A stretch of DNA of 64,000 bases, from positions 224,001 through 288,000 of the forward strand of contig CAWHTE010000002.1 of NCBI GenBank assembly GCA_963832165.1, given 5' to 3'. The notes beneath the pieces are model-generated. The model was not told the origin of the DNA and made no database searches. It saw only the letters and a program-made list of their open reading frames with translations. Every line of letters begins with the position of its first letter. Position 1 is the stretch's first letter. Shown piece by piece: positions 20,953 to 31,856 of this stretch. The DNA is from an uncultured delta proteobacterium (GTDB lineage: Bacteria > Myxococcota_A > UBA9160 > SMWR01). A program made the position numbers and the translations under genes.

Positions 20953-22758
20953 TCAGATCTCGTAGTAGAGCTTCTGCTGGTCGAGGCCGCCGTTGCGCCG
21001 CGGACACTGCCTGCAGCGCGAAGTGAGGATCTGGTACGCGTAACGGATCGCGAGCAGCGTGCTCGTCTGCCGTACCGGCTGCTCCAGGAACACGCGCTCA
21101 CCGAGCCGCCCGGAGAGGCCGGTCTTCTCCATCGTGCTCGCGAACTCGTGGCGCACCCCACACAAGAGAACGCGCACGCCGCGCTCCTTCATCCGATCGA
21201 GGAAGCTCTCGAGCAGCAACAGTCCCACCGCGTCGGGGCTGCGCGCGCGCTTCACGCGCAGCACGAGAACCTGCGTGGATGGCGTCATGCGCTTCTCGAT
21301 CTCTGCGAAGTGCTGCTCGAGCGCTGCGGTGGCGCCGAAGAACATCTCGCCTTCGAGACCAAAGATCAGCATGAGCTCGCACGGTACGTCCTCGGGTAAC
21401 CGCTCGTGGATGGCGCCCTCGTCGGTGAGCACGAACTCCGTGAGCAGCATGCGGCCCGCGCGCGGCACCGCGAGCAGGAACGACATCATCACACCGATCA
21501 GCACGCAGAACTCGATCGAGATGAACACCGCGGAGAACGCTGTCACGGCGACGATCGCCAGGTCGAAGCGGGTCGCGCGCAGGTGATAGTGGAGAGAGCG
21601 CCAATCCACCATCTTCCAGGCCGAGACCATCAGGATGCCGGCCAGCGCGGCGCGCGGAATGAAGCGCGCGAACGGCGCGAACGCGAGCATGATCATCGCC
21701 ACGGCGGCCGCCGACACGACGCCCGACCACTGCGTGACGGCACCGGCCTGCTGGTTGATGGCGGAGCGCGTGAGCGATCCAGACCCCGGCATGCACTGGA
21801 AGAAGCTCCCCGAGAAGTTCGCGAGGCCCTCGGAGAGGCACTGCTGGTTCATGTCGAGCTTCTGCTTCGTCACCGACGCGATCGCCTTCGCCATCGCGAT
21901 CGCCTCGAGCAGTCCGAGCAGGGCGATCGCGAGTGCGCCGCCCGCGAGGTCGCGCAGATCGGCGGGCGCGAGCGGTGGAAGCTCGAACCCGGGCAGCCGC
22001 GCAGGGATCTCACCCACCACTTTCACGCCGCGCGCGTCGAGGTCGAACGCGGAGACCAACGCGGCCATCAGCACCACGACGATCAGCAGCTCGGGGAGCA
22101 GGTACAGGCCGAGCCGGCGTTTCAGCGCGCGCAGCGCGATCACGAGCCCGATCGCGCCGAAGCCGATCGCGGCCGTCTCCGCGTGAATGCCGCCGCCTTG
22201 GAACAGCGTGTGCGCGAGCCGGTACAGGAAATGGTCGTGGATGTCGCCCATCGCCTGCATGCCGAACAGGTTCTTGAGCTGATCGAGCACGAGCAGCGTG
22301 CCAGCGCCCGCGGTGAAGCCCACGATCACCGAGTGCGAGATGTAGCGGGACAGGTCGCCGAGCCGGAGCAGCGTGATGCCGAGCTGGATGGCACCGACCA
22401 GGAACGCGAGCATCACCGCGGCTTGCGGCTTCTGCTCCGCGGGTACCGCGGCGATCACCGAGAGCACCGCGATCGAGATCGCATTGGTCGGGCCGTTGAT
22501 CAGCTGGCGCGAGGAGTCGAACAGGGCGCCGACCGCCGTCATCACGATCGCGGTGTAGAGGCCGTACTCCGCGGGCAGGCCGGCAACCATCGCGTATGCC
22601 ATCGCCTGCGGGACGGCGACCGCGGCCACCGTGAGCCCGGCAAGGGTATCGGCGCGCAGGTGCGAGCCCGAATAGCTCCGCAGCGAATCGAACGCGGGGA
22701 CGAACCGATAGAGCCGATCCCGAAACGGCGACGCGGATTCGCGGGAGATCGAGCTCAA
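20953..22758 (-). CDS. SulP family inorganic anion transporter with STAS domain
   Basis: AGLTVAAVAVPQAMAYA, GPTNAIS, GSGSLTRS, LEGEMFFGA. TTG start with GGAG. Confidence 0.93.
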   Translation of the reverse strand: MSSISRESASPFRDRLYRFVPAFDSLRSYSGSHLRADTLAGLTVAAVAVPQAMAYAMVAGLPAEYGLYTAIVMTAVGALFDSSRQLINGPTNAISIAVLSVIAAVPAEQKPQAAVMLAFLVGAIQLGITLLRLGDLSRYISHSVIVGFTAGAGTLLVLDQLKNLFGMQAMGDIHDHFLYRLAHTLFQGGGIHAETAAIGFGAIGLVIALRALKRRLGLYLLPELLIVVVLMAALVSAFDLDARGVKVVGEIPARLPGFELPPLAPADLRDLAGGALAIALLGLLEAIAMAKAIASVTKQKLDMNQQCLSEGLANFSGSFFQCMPGSGSLTRSAINQQAGAVTQWSGVVSAAAVAMIMLAFAPFARFIPRAALAGILMVSAWKMVDWRSLHYHLRATRFDLAIVAVTAFSAVFISIEFCVLIGVMMSFLLAVPRAGRMLLTEFVLTDEGAIHERLPEDVPCELMLIFGLEGEMFFGATAALEQHFAEIEKRMTPSTQVLVLRVKRARSPDAVGLLLLESFLDRMKERGVRVLLCGVRHEFASTMEKTGLSGRLGERVFLEQPVRQTSTLLAIRYAYQILTSRCRQCPRRNGGLDQQKLYYEI

Positions 22759-22865
22759 CGGCGCTCCAGAGCCGCGGGCTTCGTGTCCTGCGGCGCAGGA
22801 GGCGAAGACTATCGCGCCGCGCGCGCCCGCGCGGCTCGCCACGTTACACTGCCGCGCAACGCCTC

Positions 22866-24134
22866 ATGCGCCGTTCTCTCTCGCGCTTCGACGTCACCTG
22901 CCTCGGGCTCAATGCGATCGTCGGGTCGGGCATCTTCCTGTTGCCGGACGATCTCTACCGGGAGATGGGCGCGCTCTCGCCGCTCGCCTTCCTGCTGTGT
23001 GGGATCGGCCTCTTGCCCGTTGCGCTGTGCTACGCCGAGGCCGCGAGCTACAGCGAAGAGACGGGCGGCCCCTATCTCTACGCGCGCGACGCGTTCGGTC
23101 CCAGGGTCGGCTTCGCGGTCGTCTGGATGTGCTTCGTCAACGCGCTGTTCTCGTTTGCGGCCGTGGCGGCGGCCGCCGCGGCGTACGCGGCGCGCCTCTT
23201 GCCCTGGCTCGAGCCCGTGCTCGGCCCGCGCGAGATCGCCGTGGCCGTGATCGCGCTGTTCGCGGCGCTCAACTACGTCGGCGCCAAGCCCGGCGCAATC
23301 GCGGTGGACGCGTTCACGGTCGCGAAGTTCGCGGTGCTGATCGTGCTGGTGTGTGCGCTCGTGCCCGAGGCCTCGGGCGCGGAGCTCTCCGCAGAGTTGC
23401 CGCACGGATGGTCCGGTATCGGCTCTGCGACCTTCGTGGCGCTGTTTGCGGCGCAGGGATTCGAAGTCGTGCCCGTCCCGGCCGGCGAGACGCGCTCGCC
23501 GCGGCGCAATCTGCCTTTCGCGATCGTGAGCTCGCTGGTCGCCGCATCACTCTTGTACGTGATCGTGCAGGCGGTGCTCGTGGCTTCGGGCACGGATCTC
23601 AGTGAGCCCAGCGATACGCCGCTCGTCGCCGCGGCGCTTTCGGTCGCGCCCGCACTCGCATTGCTGGTCGTGGCGGGTGGCCTCGTGTCGACGCTGGGCT
23701 TCGTCTCGGGCAGCGCACTCGGGACGCCGCGTTATCTGTTCGCGGCGGCGGTCGACCGCCACCTGCCCGCGGTGTTCGGCGCGGTGCATCCGCGCTTCGC
23801 CACGCCGCACGTCGCGATCGCTGCGACTGCGGGGCTCGCGATCGCGCTCGTGGTCTCGTTCGACTACCGGTCGCTGATCGGCATCTCGAACGTGGCCGTC
23901 GCGGTTCAGTACCTCGCTACGTGTCTCGCGGTGCCGCGGCTGCGGCGGCGCGGAATCCCGGGCCGGCGCATCCCGGGCGGCCCGATCGTGCCGCTGATCG
24001 GCGCCGCCGTGAGCATGTGGGTATTCACCGAGGCCTCGCGCGCGGAGCTCGTGTGGGCCGCAGTTGCGCTCGCGATCGGGCTCGCGTTGCTCGCGTTGAA
24101 CGGCTGGCGCGCGTCAGCGGGTGCGGCGCGCTAG
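22866..24134 (+). CDS. APC family amino acid permease
   Basis: GLNAIVGSGIFLLP, GGPYLYARDAFG, GFEVV...GETRSPRRNLP; multiple TM helices. Confidence 0.92.
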   Translation: MRRSLSRFDVTCLGLNAIVGSGIFLLPDDLYREMGALSPLAFLLCGIGLLPVALCYAEAASYSEETGGPYLYARDAFGPRVGFAVVWMCFVNALFSFAAVAAAAAAYAARLLPWLEPVLGPREIAVAVIALFAALNYVGAKPGAIAVDAFTVAKFAVLIVLVCALVPEASGAELSAELPHGWSGIGSATFVALFAAQGFEVVPVPAGETRSPRRNLPFAIVSSLVAASLLYVIVQAVLVASGTDLSEPSDTPLVAAALSVAPALALLVVAGGLVSTLGFVSGSALGTPRYLFAAAVDRHLPAVFGAVHPRFATPHVAIAATAGLAIALVVSFDYRSLIGISNVAVAVQYLATCLAVPRLRRRGIPGRRIPGGPIVPLIGAAVSMWVFTEASRAELVWAAVALAIGLALLALNGWRASAGAAR

Positions 24135-24629
24135 CGAGTCGATCCGGCTCCCGAGCACGCCCGGCATGTACTCGATCAGCTCGACGAGCGTGCGGTCGGG
24201 GTCTCGGCAGCACACGACCGCCTCGATGCCGGTCGGCGCGTCGGGCCCGCGCGGCGGCGTGACGAACTCGATCCCGCGCTGCCGCAGATCCTCGTAGGCC
24301 GCGCGCACGTTTTCGACCCGGATCGCGATGATGCGCGGTGCGGTCCGTGCGACCGGCGTGTCGGGGAAGGTCGCCTTGGGCTCGAGCCATTCGATCAGGT
24401 CGAGGCGCGTATGGAGCTCGCCGTCGCCGATCGCGAGCAGCGCACCGCGCCCCTGCGCGCGCTCGAGGCCGAACTGGGGCGCGAGGTAGTCGGGCCAGAT
24501 CACGTCGCGGTTGTCGCGCAGCAGCCGAAAGCCGATCGCCGTGTAGAAGTCGATCGAGCGCTCGATCGACGCGACCGAGAGCGTGAAGTGGAACAGCGAG
24601 AGCGGCTTCCAGGTGGTTTGCTCGTCCAA
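24114..24629 (-). CDS. VOC (glyoxalase/bleomycin resistance) family protein
   Basis: HFTLSVASIERSIDFY ... CRDPDRTLVELIE. TTG start with GGAG. Confidence 0.85.
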   Translation of the reverse strand: MDEQTTWKPLSLFHFTLSVASIERSIDFYTAIGFRLLRDNRDVIWPDYLAPQFGLERAQGRGALLAIGDGELHTRLDLIEWLEPKATFPDTPVARTAPRIIAIRVENVRAAYEDLRQRGIEFVTPPRGPDAPTGIEAVVCCRDPDRTLVELIEYMPGVLGSRIDSLARRTR

Positions 24630-24722
24630 CGATGCTCCGATTTGTCGTGTACAGACACCCTCGAGCCCGAGTAGCCTCATGGATCGGCACGGCCGCCGTC
24701 AAGCGCCGGCCGAGGAGGGTCG

Positions 24723-25922
24723 ATGGCGAAGCCGGGCCGGCTCGTGTTGGACGTGTTCTCGGAGCTTCAGCGCGCGCGGCGCGGCGACCCGGTCCGCGAA
24801 CGCCAGGTCTACTTCGACGCGATCGAGCAGGCGCGGCTCGCCGATCAGCTCGGCTACGGCTGCTGGTGGACGGTCGAGCACCACGGCGCCACCGAGTTCA
24901 GCTACAGCTCGATTCCGGAGCTCATGCTCACCGTGCTCGCGCGCGAGACGGAGCGCATCCACCTCGGTCACTCGGGTGTGTTGGCGCCGTTCCGGATCAA
25001 CCACCCGATCCGCGTCGCCGAGCGCGCGGCGTTCACGGACGTGATCTCGAACGGGCGCATGGAGCTGGGCCTCGCGCGCTCGGGCGGAACCGAGTGGGAT
25101 GCGTTCGGCGTCGACCCCGACCGCTCGCGCGCGGAGCTGCGTGAAGCGCTGACCGTGGTCCCGCGCATGTGGACGCAGGACACCTTCGAGTGGAAGAGCG
25201 ATCTGCTCGTGATCCCCGAGCGCGCCGTGCTGCCGAAGCCCGTGCAGGTGCCGCACCCGCCGCTGTGGCAGACGTGCACGAGCGCCGAGTCGTTCCGGAT
25301 GGCCGGCGAGCTCGGCGTGGGCGTGCTCGCCACCACGCTGTTCACGCCGCTCGCGAGTCTCTCCACGCTGTTCGCCGAGTACCGCAAGGGACTCGCGGCT
25401 TGCAGCTCGCCGGTGGGGAAGTTCACGAACGAACAGATCTCGGTGTTCACGTTCATGCACTGCGCCGAGACGCGCGAGCAGGCGATCGCGAGCCGCGCGG
25501 CCGAGTCGGCGCTGTGGTTCCTGAACGCGGCGCCGAACGTCTTCCAGGTGCCGCGGAGCCTCTGGATCGACGCGATTCGCGGCGATCTCCAGAGCAGTGA
25601 CCCGCGCGTCTCGCGCAGCGTCGGTTCCGCGGAGATCACGGGCAAGATCGATCTCGACGACCCGAATCCCGTGATCCGGCTGCTCAACCGGCAGCTGCTC
25701 GGCGAGGAGATCGATCCGGTCGAGGCATTCGAGGTGCTCGAGCCGCTCGAGAGCGTCGTGATCGGCGACCTGGCGAGCTGCCGCAAGAAGATCGCGGGAT
25801 ACTCTGCGATCGGCGTCGATCGCCTGATGTGCCTGATGTCGTTCGGGCGCATCGCGCAAGAGGACGTGCTCGCGAGCCTGCGTCTCGCCGGCGAAGAATT
25901 GATCCCCGAGCTCGCGGGCTGA
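24723..25922 (+). CDS. LLM class flavin-dependent oxidoreductase
   Basis: WWTVEHHG, HPIRVAERAAFTDVISNGRMELGLAR, PKPVQVPHPPLW. Confidence 0.92.
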   Translation: MAKPGRLVLDVFSELQRARRGDPVRERQVYFDAIEQARLADQLGYGCWWTVEHHGATEFSYSSIPELMLTVLARETERIHLGHSGVLAPFRINHPIRVAERAAFTDVISNGRMELGLARSGGTEWDAFGVDPDRSRAELREALTVVPRMWTQDTFEWKSDLLVIPERAVLPKPVQVPHPPLWQTCTSAESFRMAGELGVGVLATTLFTPLASLSTLFAEYRKGLAACSSPVGKFTNEQISVFTFMHCAETREQAIASRAAESALWFLNAAPNVFQVPRSLWIDAIRGDLQSSDPRVSRSVGSAEITGKIDLDDPNPVIRLLNRQLLGEEIDPVEAFEVLEPLESVVIGDLASCRKKIAGYSAIGVDRLMCLMSFGRIAQEDVLASLRLAGEELIPELAG

Positions 25923-25937
25923 TTCCGGAGGTTCGCT

Positions 25938-26873
25938 GTGTCCGACGAAATCACGGCTGATTGGTGTCTCGAGACCTTCGAGTCGGTGAAGAATTGGGGC
26001 CGCTGGGGGCCCGACGACCAGATGGGCGCACTGAACTACATCACGCCCGAGCGGCGCGCACGCGCCGCGCGCACGGTGCGCGATGGCGTGACGGTGAGCT
26101 GCTCGCTCGATTTTCCGGTGGTCCCGTCGGTCGAGAATCCGGTGCCCGCGCGGCACCACATGCTCGTCGCGGGCGATGCGCTCGATGCCATGGGCGGCGA
26201 TCTCGAGGCGTCGCTCGACTACATCGGGATCTCGTTCCACGGCATGGCCACGTCGCACATCGACGCGCTGTGCCACGTATTCGTCGCGGAGACGATGTAC
26301 AACGGCTTCCCCGCGAGCGACGTGAAGAGCATCGGCGCGATGAGGAACGACATCATGGTCGCGCGCGACGGAATCACCTCGCGCGGCGTGTTGATCGACG
26401 TGCCGCGCCTCCAGGGCAAGAGCTGGCTCGAGCTCTCGGAGCGGATCCGGCCCGCCGATCTCGAGGCCGCCGAACGCGCGCAGGGCGTGCGCGTGGAGGA
26501 GGGCGACGTGCTGCTCGTGTCGACGGGCCGCGATGCGCGGCGCGCCGCACACGGACCCTGGAGCCCGAACGGGGAGGGCCTCGCGGGTCTGCACCCGACC
26601 TGCATTCCGTGGCTCCACGAGCGCCGGATCGCGGTGCTCGGCAGCGACGGGGTCTCGGATGCACTGCCGGGCCTCGCAGTTCCCAGCTGGTCGATCCCCG
26701 TGCACCAGTGCTGCCTCGTCGCGATGGGCGTGCACCTGCTCGACAACCTGGACCTCTCGCGCTTGTCCGCCGCGTGCGCGGAGCGCGAGCGCTGGGAGTT
26801 CCTGTTCGCGGTGGCGCCGCTGCGCGTGCGCGGCGGGACCGGCTCGCCCGTGAACCCGATCGCGATCTTCTGA
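25938..26873 (+). CDS. cyclase family (kynurenine formamidase-like) metal-dependent hydrolase
   Basis: [41 protein letters not shown]. Confidence 0.92.
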   Translation: MSDEITADWCLETFESVKNWGRWGPDDQMGALNYITPERRARAARTVRDGVTVSCSLDFPVVPSVENPVPARHHMLVAGDALDAMGGDLEASLDYIGISFHGMATSHIDALCHVFVAETMYNGFPASDVKSIGAMRNDIMVARDGITSRGVLIDVPRLQGKSWLELSERIRPADLEAAERAQGVRVEEGDVLLVSTGRDARRAAHGPWSPNGEGLAGLHPTCIPWLHERRIAVLGSDGVSDALPGLAVPSWSIPVHQCCLVAMGVHLLDNLDLSRLSAACAERERWEFLFAVAPLRVRGGTGSPVNPIAIF

Positions 26874-26874
26874 C

Positions 26875-28797
26875 CTACAGCTCGACCTGTGCGCCGAGCT
26901 CGACGACGCGGTTGGGCGGCACGCGGAAGTAGGTGTTGGCGCTCTGCGCGTTGCGCGAGAGGTAGGCGAACAGCATCTCGCGCCAGCGTCCCATCCCCGA
27001 GCCGCCGGTCGGAGATCAGCTGCTCGCGGCCGAGGAAGTAGCTGACCTGCGTCGAGGTCGATCGGGAAGTGCGTCGGAGCGGACCTGCTGCGAGCAGCGC
27101 CGGCACGTTCGGCACCTCCATGAACCCGTAGCGCGCGACGACGCGGCAGAAGCCCTGGTCGAGCGCCTTCACGGTGACGCGATCGCCCTCGGTCACGTGA
27201 AGGGCACGTCCTCGGTGAGCAGCGTCAGCAGGATCGTTCGCTCGTGCACGACCTTGTTGTGCTTGATGTTGTGGAGCAGCGCGGGCGGCGTGCCGGCCGG
27301 ATCGCCGGTGAGGAACACCGCGGTGCCGGGCACGCGCGGAAGCGTCGACGTCTCTAGGTCGGGCAGGAACAGATCGAGCGGCAGCGAGGCCTCCTCGAGC
27401 CGCTCGCGCAGCACCTCGCGGCCGCGCTTCCAGGTGCTCATCAGCACGATACACGACTCCGCCGACCACGAGCGAGAACCAGCCGCCGTGGTGAGACTTG
27501 AGCAGGTTCGAGCCGAAGAACGCGAAGATCGATCGGAAGCAGCATCGCGAGACCGAGCGCGAACGCTGCGCCGACGCCAGCCCCAGCGCTGCTGCGCCAC
27601 CACGCACAGCAGCGACGGTCGTGAGCAGCGATGTCTGCAGGTCACCGCCATCCCATACGCCGCGGCAAGATTGCTCGACGAGCCGAAGCCGACCACCAGC
27701 CCGCACGCGGCGATCAGCGAGCATCCAGTTCACGGGCGCGACGTAGATCTGACCGCGCTCCTGGGCCGAGGTGTGGCTGATCGGGAGGCGCGGCGCGTAG
27801 CCGAGCTGGATCGCCTGGTGCGTGAGCGAGAACGCGCCCGAGATCACCGCCTGCGACGCGATCACGGTGGCCGCGGTCGCGAGCAGGACGAGCGGCCACA
27901 GCGCCCAGGCCGGTGCGAGCAGATAGAACGGGTTGTGCGCGGCCTCGGGATCGACCAGCAGCAGCGCTCCCTGGCCGAAGTAGTTGAGCACGAGTGCGGG
28001 CAAGGCGAGCGCGAACCAGCCCAGCCGGATCGGACGCGGACCGAAGTGGCCCATGTCGGCATAGAGCGCCTCGCCGCCCGTCACCACGAGGAACACCGCG
28101 GCGAGCACGGTGAAGCCATGGAAGCCGTTGTGCGCGAAGAAGCTCACCGCGTAGTGCGGCGAGATCGCTGCGAGCACCTGAGGATGATCCGCGATGCCGC
28201 GGATTCCCAGGAGCGCGATCACAGTGAACCACGCGATCACGATCGGGCCGAACAGCGTGCCGATGCGGCCCGTGCCGCGGCTCTGGACCGAGAACAGGCC
28301 GATCAGGATCGCAACGGTGATCGGGATCACGACCGGGCGCAGCGCGGGCGTAACCACCTCGAGGCCCTCGACCGCGGAGAGCACCGAGATCGCGGGCGTG
28401 AGCATGCCGTCGCCGTAGAGCAGCGCGGCGCCGAACAGCCCGAGCAGGCGCGAGCCAGGCGGTGTTGCTGCGGCGCGTAGCGCGGCACCGCGAGCGCCAC
28501 GAGCGCGAGAATGCCGCCCTCGCCGCGGTTGTCCGCGCGCAGCACGAACCCGAGGTACTTCACCGAGATGACGAGCACGAGCGACCAGAGCACGAGCGAG
28601 AGGATCCCGAGCACGTTCGCGGGCGTCACGGCCACCCCGTACTCGCCGTGGAAGCACTCGCGCAGCGCGTAGAGCGGGCTCGTGCCGATGTCGCCGTAGA
28701 CGACGCCGAGCGCGCCGAGCGAGAGCGCGGCGAGGCGCCGGCCGCGCGGCGCGTCGTTGACGCGCTCCTGGTCGGCGCCGCCGGCGGCTTCGCTCAC
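26875..28797 (-). pseudogene. kup: potassium transporter Kup, multiply frameshifted (probably sequence errors)
   Basis: Fragments across frames: [90 protein letters not shown]. Confidence 0.9.
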
Positions 28798-29525
28798 CAG
28801 GCTCCTGCCGAGTCGACGTCTGCAGCCGGGCCCAGGTAGTGGTGGACGAGGCCGTGCAGGCCGTAGAGCAGCGGTGTGATCATCACGGCGACGCCGAACT
28901 TGAACCCGTAGCCGCTGAGCGAGGTGTTGAGGAAGTCGGCGAACGTGAACGGGACTTCGGAACGGCTGTAGCCGAGCCGCGAGGGCAGATAGAGCCCGAC
29001 GAAGCCGACCACGAACGTGTCGATCAGCTGGCTCACCACGGTGGACCCGGTGGCGCGCAGCCACAGATGTCGCCCACCCGTGCGGTGGCGGACCAGCCAG
29101 AACACGGATACGTCGACGAGCTGGGCGATCAGGAACGCCGTGATGGAGCCGACGATGATCCAGCGTGACTGCAGGAACACGCGCGAGAAAGAATCGTCGT
29201 CGATGGGCGAGAACGGTGCGGCATCGACGTACTGGGTGAGCCAGAGCATCACGAACGCGTAGCTGATCATCCCGGCCGCGAGCAGGCTGAGACGGCGCAC
29301 CCCGGCGCGCCCGAAGTATTCGTTCACCACGTCGGTCATGATGAACACGAACGGCCACAGCACGACGCCACAGCTCAGCGTGAACGCGTGCCAGGGCGTG
29401 AACACCTGGAACAGCTTTCCGCCGATCAGCTCTGCGAGCAGCGCGTTGCCCACGAAGAACGCGCCGAGCACCTGAAAGATCAGCTGCCGCCGCGCGGCCC
29501 ACTGCGGGCCGATCGAGTCCGTCAC
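28794..29525 (-). CDS. queuosine precursor transporter (VUT / YhhQ family)
   Basis: [51 protein letters not shown]. Start uncertain (29525 or 29603). Confidence 0.9.
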   Translation of the reverse strand: MTDSIGPQWAARRQLIFQVLGAFFVGNALLAELIGGKLFQVFTPWHAFTLSCGVVLWPFVFIMTDVVNEYFGRAGVRRLSLLAAGMISYAFVMLWLTQYVDAAPFSPIDDDSFSRVFLQSRWIIVGSITAFLIAQLVDVSVFWLVRHRTGGRHLWLRATGSTVVSQLIDTFVVGFVGLYLPSRLGYSRSEVPFTFADFLNTSLSGYGFKFGVAVMITPLLYGLHGLVHHYLGPAADVDSAGAW

Positions 29526-29698
29526 GAGCGGGAGGTTGCCAGCCTTCGGCCTGCCCGGCGACCCACCCGCGGATGTCGTCACGCGTTCGAAATCGGGGTG
29601 CATCGAGCAATTCCCCCTTGACGGAACGGCCGGACCGGACGATATAGCCGTGCGTCGGCTCCGATCGTGGGGACGGCGCCGCCTCGGAGTGGCCGCGA

Positions 29699-30262
29699 TT
29701 GTCGTCGAGTTCTCTGCTGGGCTCCGGTCTGGTGGGTGTCGAGTGCGCAGCGAAGGGCGGCCGCGCCGTGATCGCGTCGCGCAGGCTCGCGAGGGACAGC
29801 GTGCTCGCGGTGTGGGGAGGCGACGTCGTTCGCCTCGAAGAGCTGAAGCGCCGCCCGCTCGAAATTCGTCGGCTCACGCTCCAGATCGACGAAGACGCCT
29901 TCCTGATCTCCACGACCGAAGGCCCGGCGGATTGGGTGAACCACAGCTGTGAGCCCAACGCGGGTCTGCGCGGGCAGCTCACGCTGGTGGCGATGCGCAC
30001 GATCGAGCGCGGCGAAGAGGTCTGCTTCGACTACTCGATGGCCGACGGGTGCGACTACGACGAGTTCACCTGTCACTGCGGCAGCCCGTCGTGCCGCGGC
30101 CGGATCTCCGGTGAGGACTGGAAGCGGCCCGAGCTGATCGAGCGCTATGCGGGCTACCGATCGCCGTATCTCGAGCGGCGGATCGCGGCGCTGCGCCGGC
30201 GCGCGTCCGCGAGCGTGCGCAAGGCACCGGGTCGCCGGGCCACGGCCGGCGTGCTCTCGTAG
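29699..30262 (+). CDS. SET domain protein-lysine N-methyltransferase with post-SET zinc site
   Basis: [28 protein letters not shown]. Confidence 0.92.
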   Translation: MSSSSLLGSGLVGVECAAKGGRAVIASRRLARDSVLAVWGGDVVRLEELKRRPLEIRRLTLQIDEDAFLISTTEGPADWVNHSCEPNAGLRGQLTLVAMRTIERGEEVCFDYSMADGCDYDEFTCHCGSPSCRGRISGEDWKRPELIERYAGYRSPYLERRIAALRRRASASVRKAPGRRATAGVLS

Positions 30263-30367
30263 CGTCGGCAACGTCGACAGGGAACCGTCCAGCGCGACGG
30301 GAACCCGACACCCCCGCGCTCCCCCGCCGCCGCAGGCGGCGGTCGTTCTGAGAAGGTTCCTTCATAT

Positions 30368-30434
30368 TATCGGACAGTTACGCGCGCCGACCCGCGGCGA
30401 GGACCAGCGAGGACCGGTTGGCACGGAGCGTGCT
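30368..30434 (+). promoter_or_regulatory. putative sigma54 promoter with upstream IHF-like site
   Basis: TGGCAC-GGAGC-GTGCT at 30419-30434. TATCGGACAGTTA at 30368-30380 resembles WATCAR-N4-TTR within an AT-rich patch. Confidence 0.55.
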
Positions 30435-30462
30435 CCCGGCACGGGCAGGGGGATCCAAAACC

Positions 30463-30630
30463 ATGTCCGCAGCCTTTTCCCGCGCCACGAAGTTCGAAGA
30501 GGCGCCGCCCGCGACCACTCTGGCCAATCTGATCTCGGTGCTCTCGGAGCTGACGGAAGACGAGAACGAGATCGTGGGCACGCTGCTGCACATGGTCGAG
30601 CAGCGCAGCGTCCGGCTCGTCGTCGCCTGA
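30463..30630 (+). CDS. small hypothetical protein (55 aa)
   Basis: MSAAFSRATKFEEAPPATTLANLISVLSELTEDENEIVGTLLHMVEQRSVRLVVA; GC3-rich codons, GGGGA upstream, promoter and downstream hairpins. Confidence 0.7.
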   Translation: MSAAFSRATKFEEAPPATTLANLISVLSELTEDENEIVGTLLHMVEQRSVRLVVA

Positions 30631-30675
30631 GCGCGCCAAAGCGCGCTTCGCCAATGGGCCCGCGATCGCGGGCCC
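30630..30675. terminator. hairpins between convergent genes
   Basis: agcgcgc-caaa-gcgcgct and the perfect 20-nt palindrome gggcccgcgatcgcgggccc (30656-30675). Confidence 0.5.
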
Positions 30676-30683
30676 GCGCCCGG

Positions 30684-31856
30684 TCAGATCTCGAGCGAAC
30701 CGGTCAGCGCGTCGTAGCTCCGGTGCAGCGCCTGGAGCCCGATCTCGTTCCGCCCGATCAGCACGCTGCGGCCGCGCTCGGCCTCGAAGCTCTTCTGGGC
30801 CTGCGTAGCCACGCGATAGTCCTCGCTCGACACGACGTGGTAGAGGCCTTCGAAGCCGAGCTGCGCGAGGTTCTGGTCCTGTTCGCTCTCGGGGCGCTGC
30901 CACGCGTAGGTCGAGAAGCGGAAAGCGGTCTCGCCGACGTGACTGCCCGGATCGGATCGCGTGAGCGCGACGAGCTCGTGCGCGATCACGAGGCCCGTCG
31001 ACGGGAACAGGTTGTGCACGAGCTGGAAGTGATGCATCGGGTCGTCCCAGTCGCGCTCGGGCAGATCGCGCAGCGCGAGGATCGACGGAGCCGGGATCGC
31101 CATGCGCTGGTGCAATCCGAACGTCTCGAAGGTCTGCGTGTTGCCGATCGTGCGCGGCCCGACGGTGTTCTTGTGTAGAAACGCGACGTGGTAGACCTCG
31201 TGCCCGCTCTCCACCGTGAGCTTCCAGTTCGCGGGCACGCGGATCTCCCGCGTGTCGACGCGGTGCATGGCGCCGAACCCGAACGACTCGATCTGCGGTC
31301 CGATGCCGCGCAGCACCTCTTCAGCGTCGAAGCTGCGCCCGGGCGTCGGCAGCACGAGCAGCAGTCCGTAGCGCTCGTGCGCGGGCAGTGGGGTCAGCGC
31401 GCGGCGCTCGAGGCCCAGCGATTCGAACGAAGCGCGGTCGGGCAGCCCGGCGAGCCGCCCGTGATCGTCGTAGGTCCACGCGTGCCACGGGCAGACGAAG
31501 CGACTGCCACGGCCGCAGCCCTCGGCCACGCGCGCGCCGCGATGCCGGCACGCGTTGATGAATGCGCGGAACTCACCGTCTTCGCCGCGCACGAGCAGCA
31601 CCGGCACACCCGCGACGTCCTGGGTCGACCAGCTGCCGGGCTCCGGGAGATCACAGGAGAGGCCGACCACCTGCGGATACTCGAGGAAGAGCCGCCGGCG
31701 CTCGTGCGCGAAGCGCTCCGGATCGACATAGCGCGCGGTATCGAGCTCCACTGCGGTGTCGGCGCGCGTGGTGGTCTTGCCCTCGAGCAAATCGAGCAAC
31801 GCCCGCGCGATCGCGATCCGGTTGGCCCGCTCCAACGTCGACTCCCGTGGCTCCAT
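30684..31856 (-). CDS. Rieske aromatic ring-hydroxylating oxygenase alpha subunit
   Basis: NACRHRG...CPWHAWTY Rieske motif, ESGHEVYHVAFLH mononuclear Fe site, SEDY. Confidence 0.93.
   Translation of the reverse strand: MEPRESTLERANRIAIARALLDLLEGKTTTRADTAVELDTARYVDPERFAHERRRLFLEYPQVVGLSCDLPEPGSWSTQDVAGVPVLLVRGEDGEFRAFINACRHRGARVAEGCGRGSRFVCPWHAWTYDDHGRLAGLPDRASFESLGLERRALTPLPAHERYGLLLVLPTPGRSFDAEEVLRGIGPQIESFGFGAMHRVDTREIRVPANWKLTVESGHEVYHVAFLHKNTVGPRTIGNTQTFETFGLHQRMAIPAPSILALRDLPERDWDDPMHHFQLVHNLFPSTGLVIAHELVALTRSDPGSHVGETAFRFSTYAWQRPESEQDQNLAQLGFEGLYHVVSSEDYRVATQAQKSFEAERGRSVLIGRNEIGLQALHRSYDALTGSLEI

Noticed and set aside
29526..29698. preQ1 riboswitch upstream of the queuosine-precursor transporter
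   Set aside because: No recognisable preQ1 stem-loop with A-rich tail by eye; an Infernal scan would be needed.
30628..30720. UGA read-through of the 55-aa protein (hairpin follows TGA)
   Set aside because: No Cys/redox context, the hairpin overlaps the stop rather than lying ~10 nt downstream, and the extension runs into a convergent gene.
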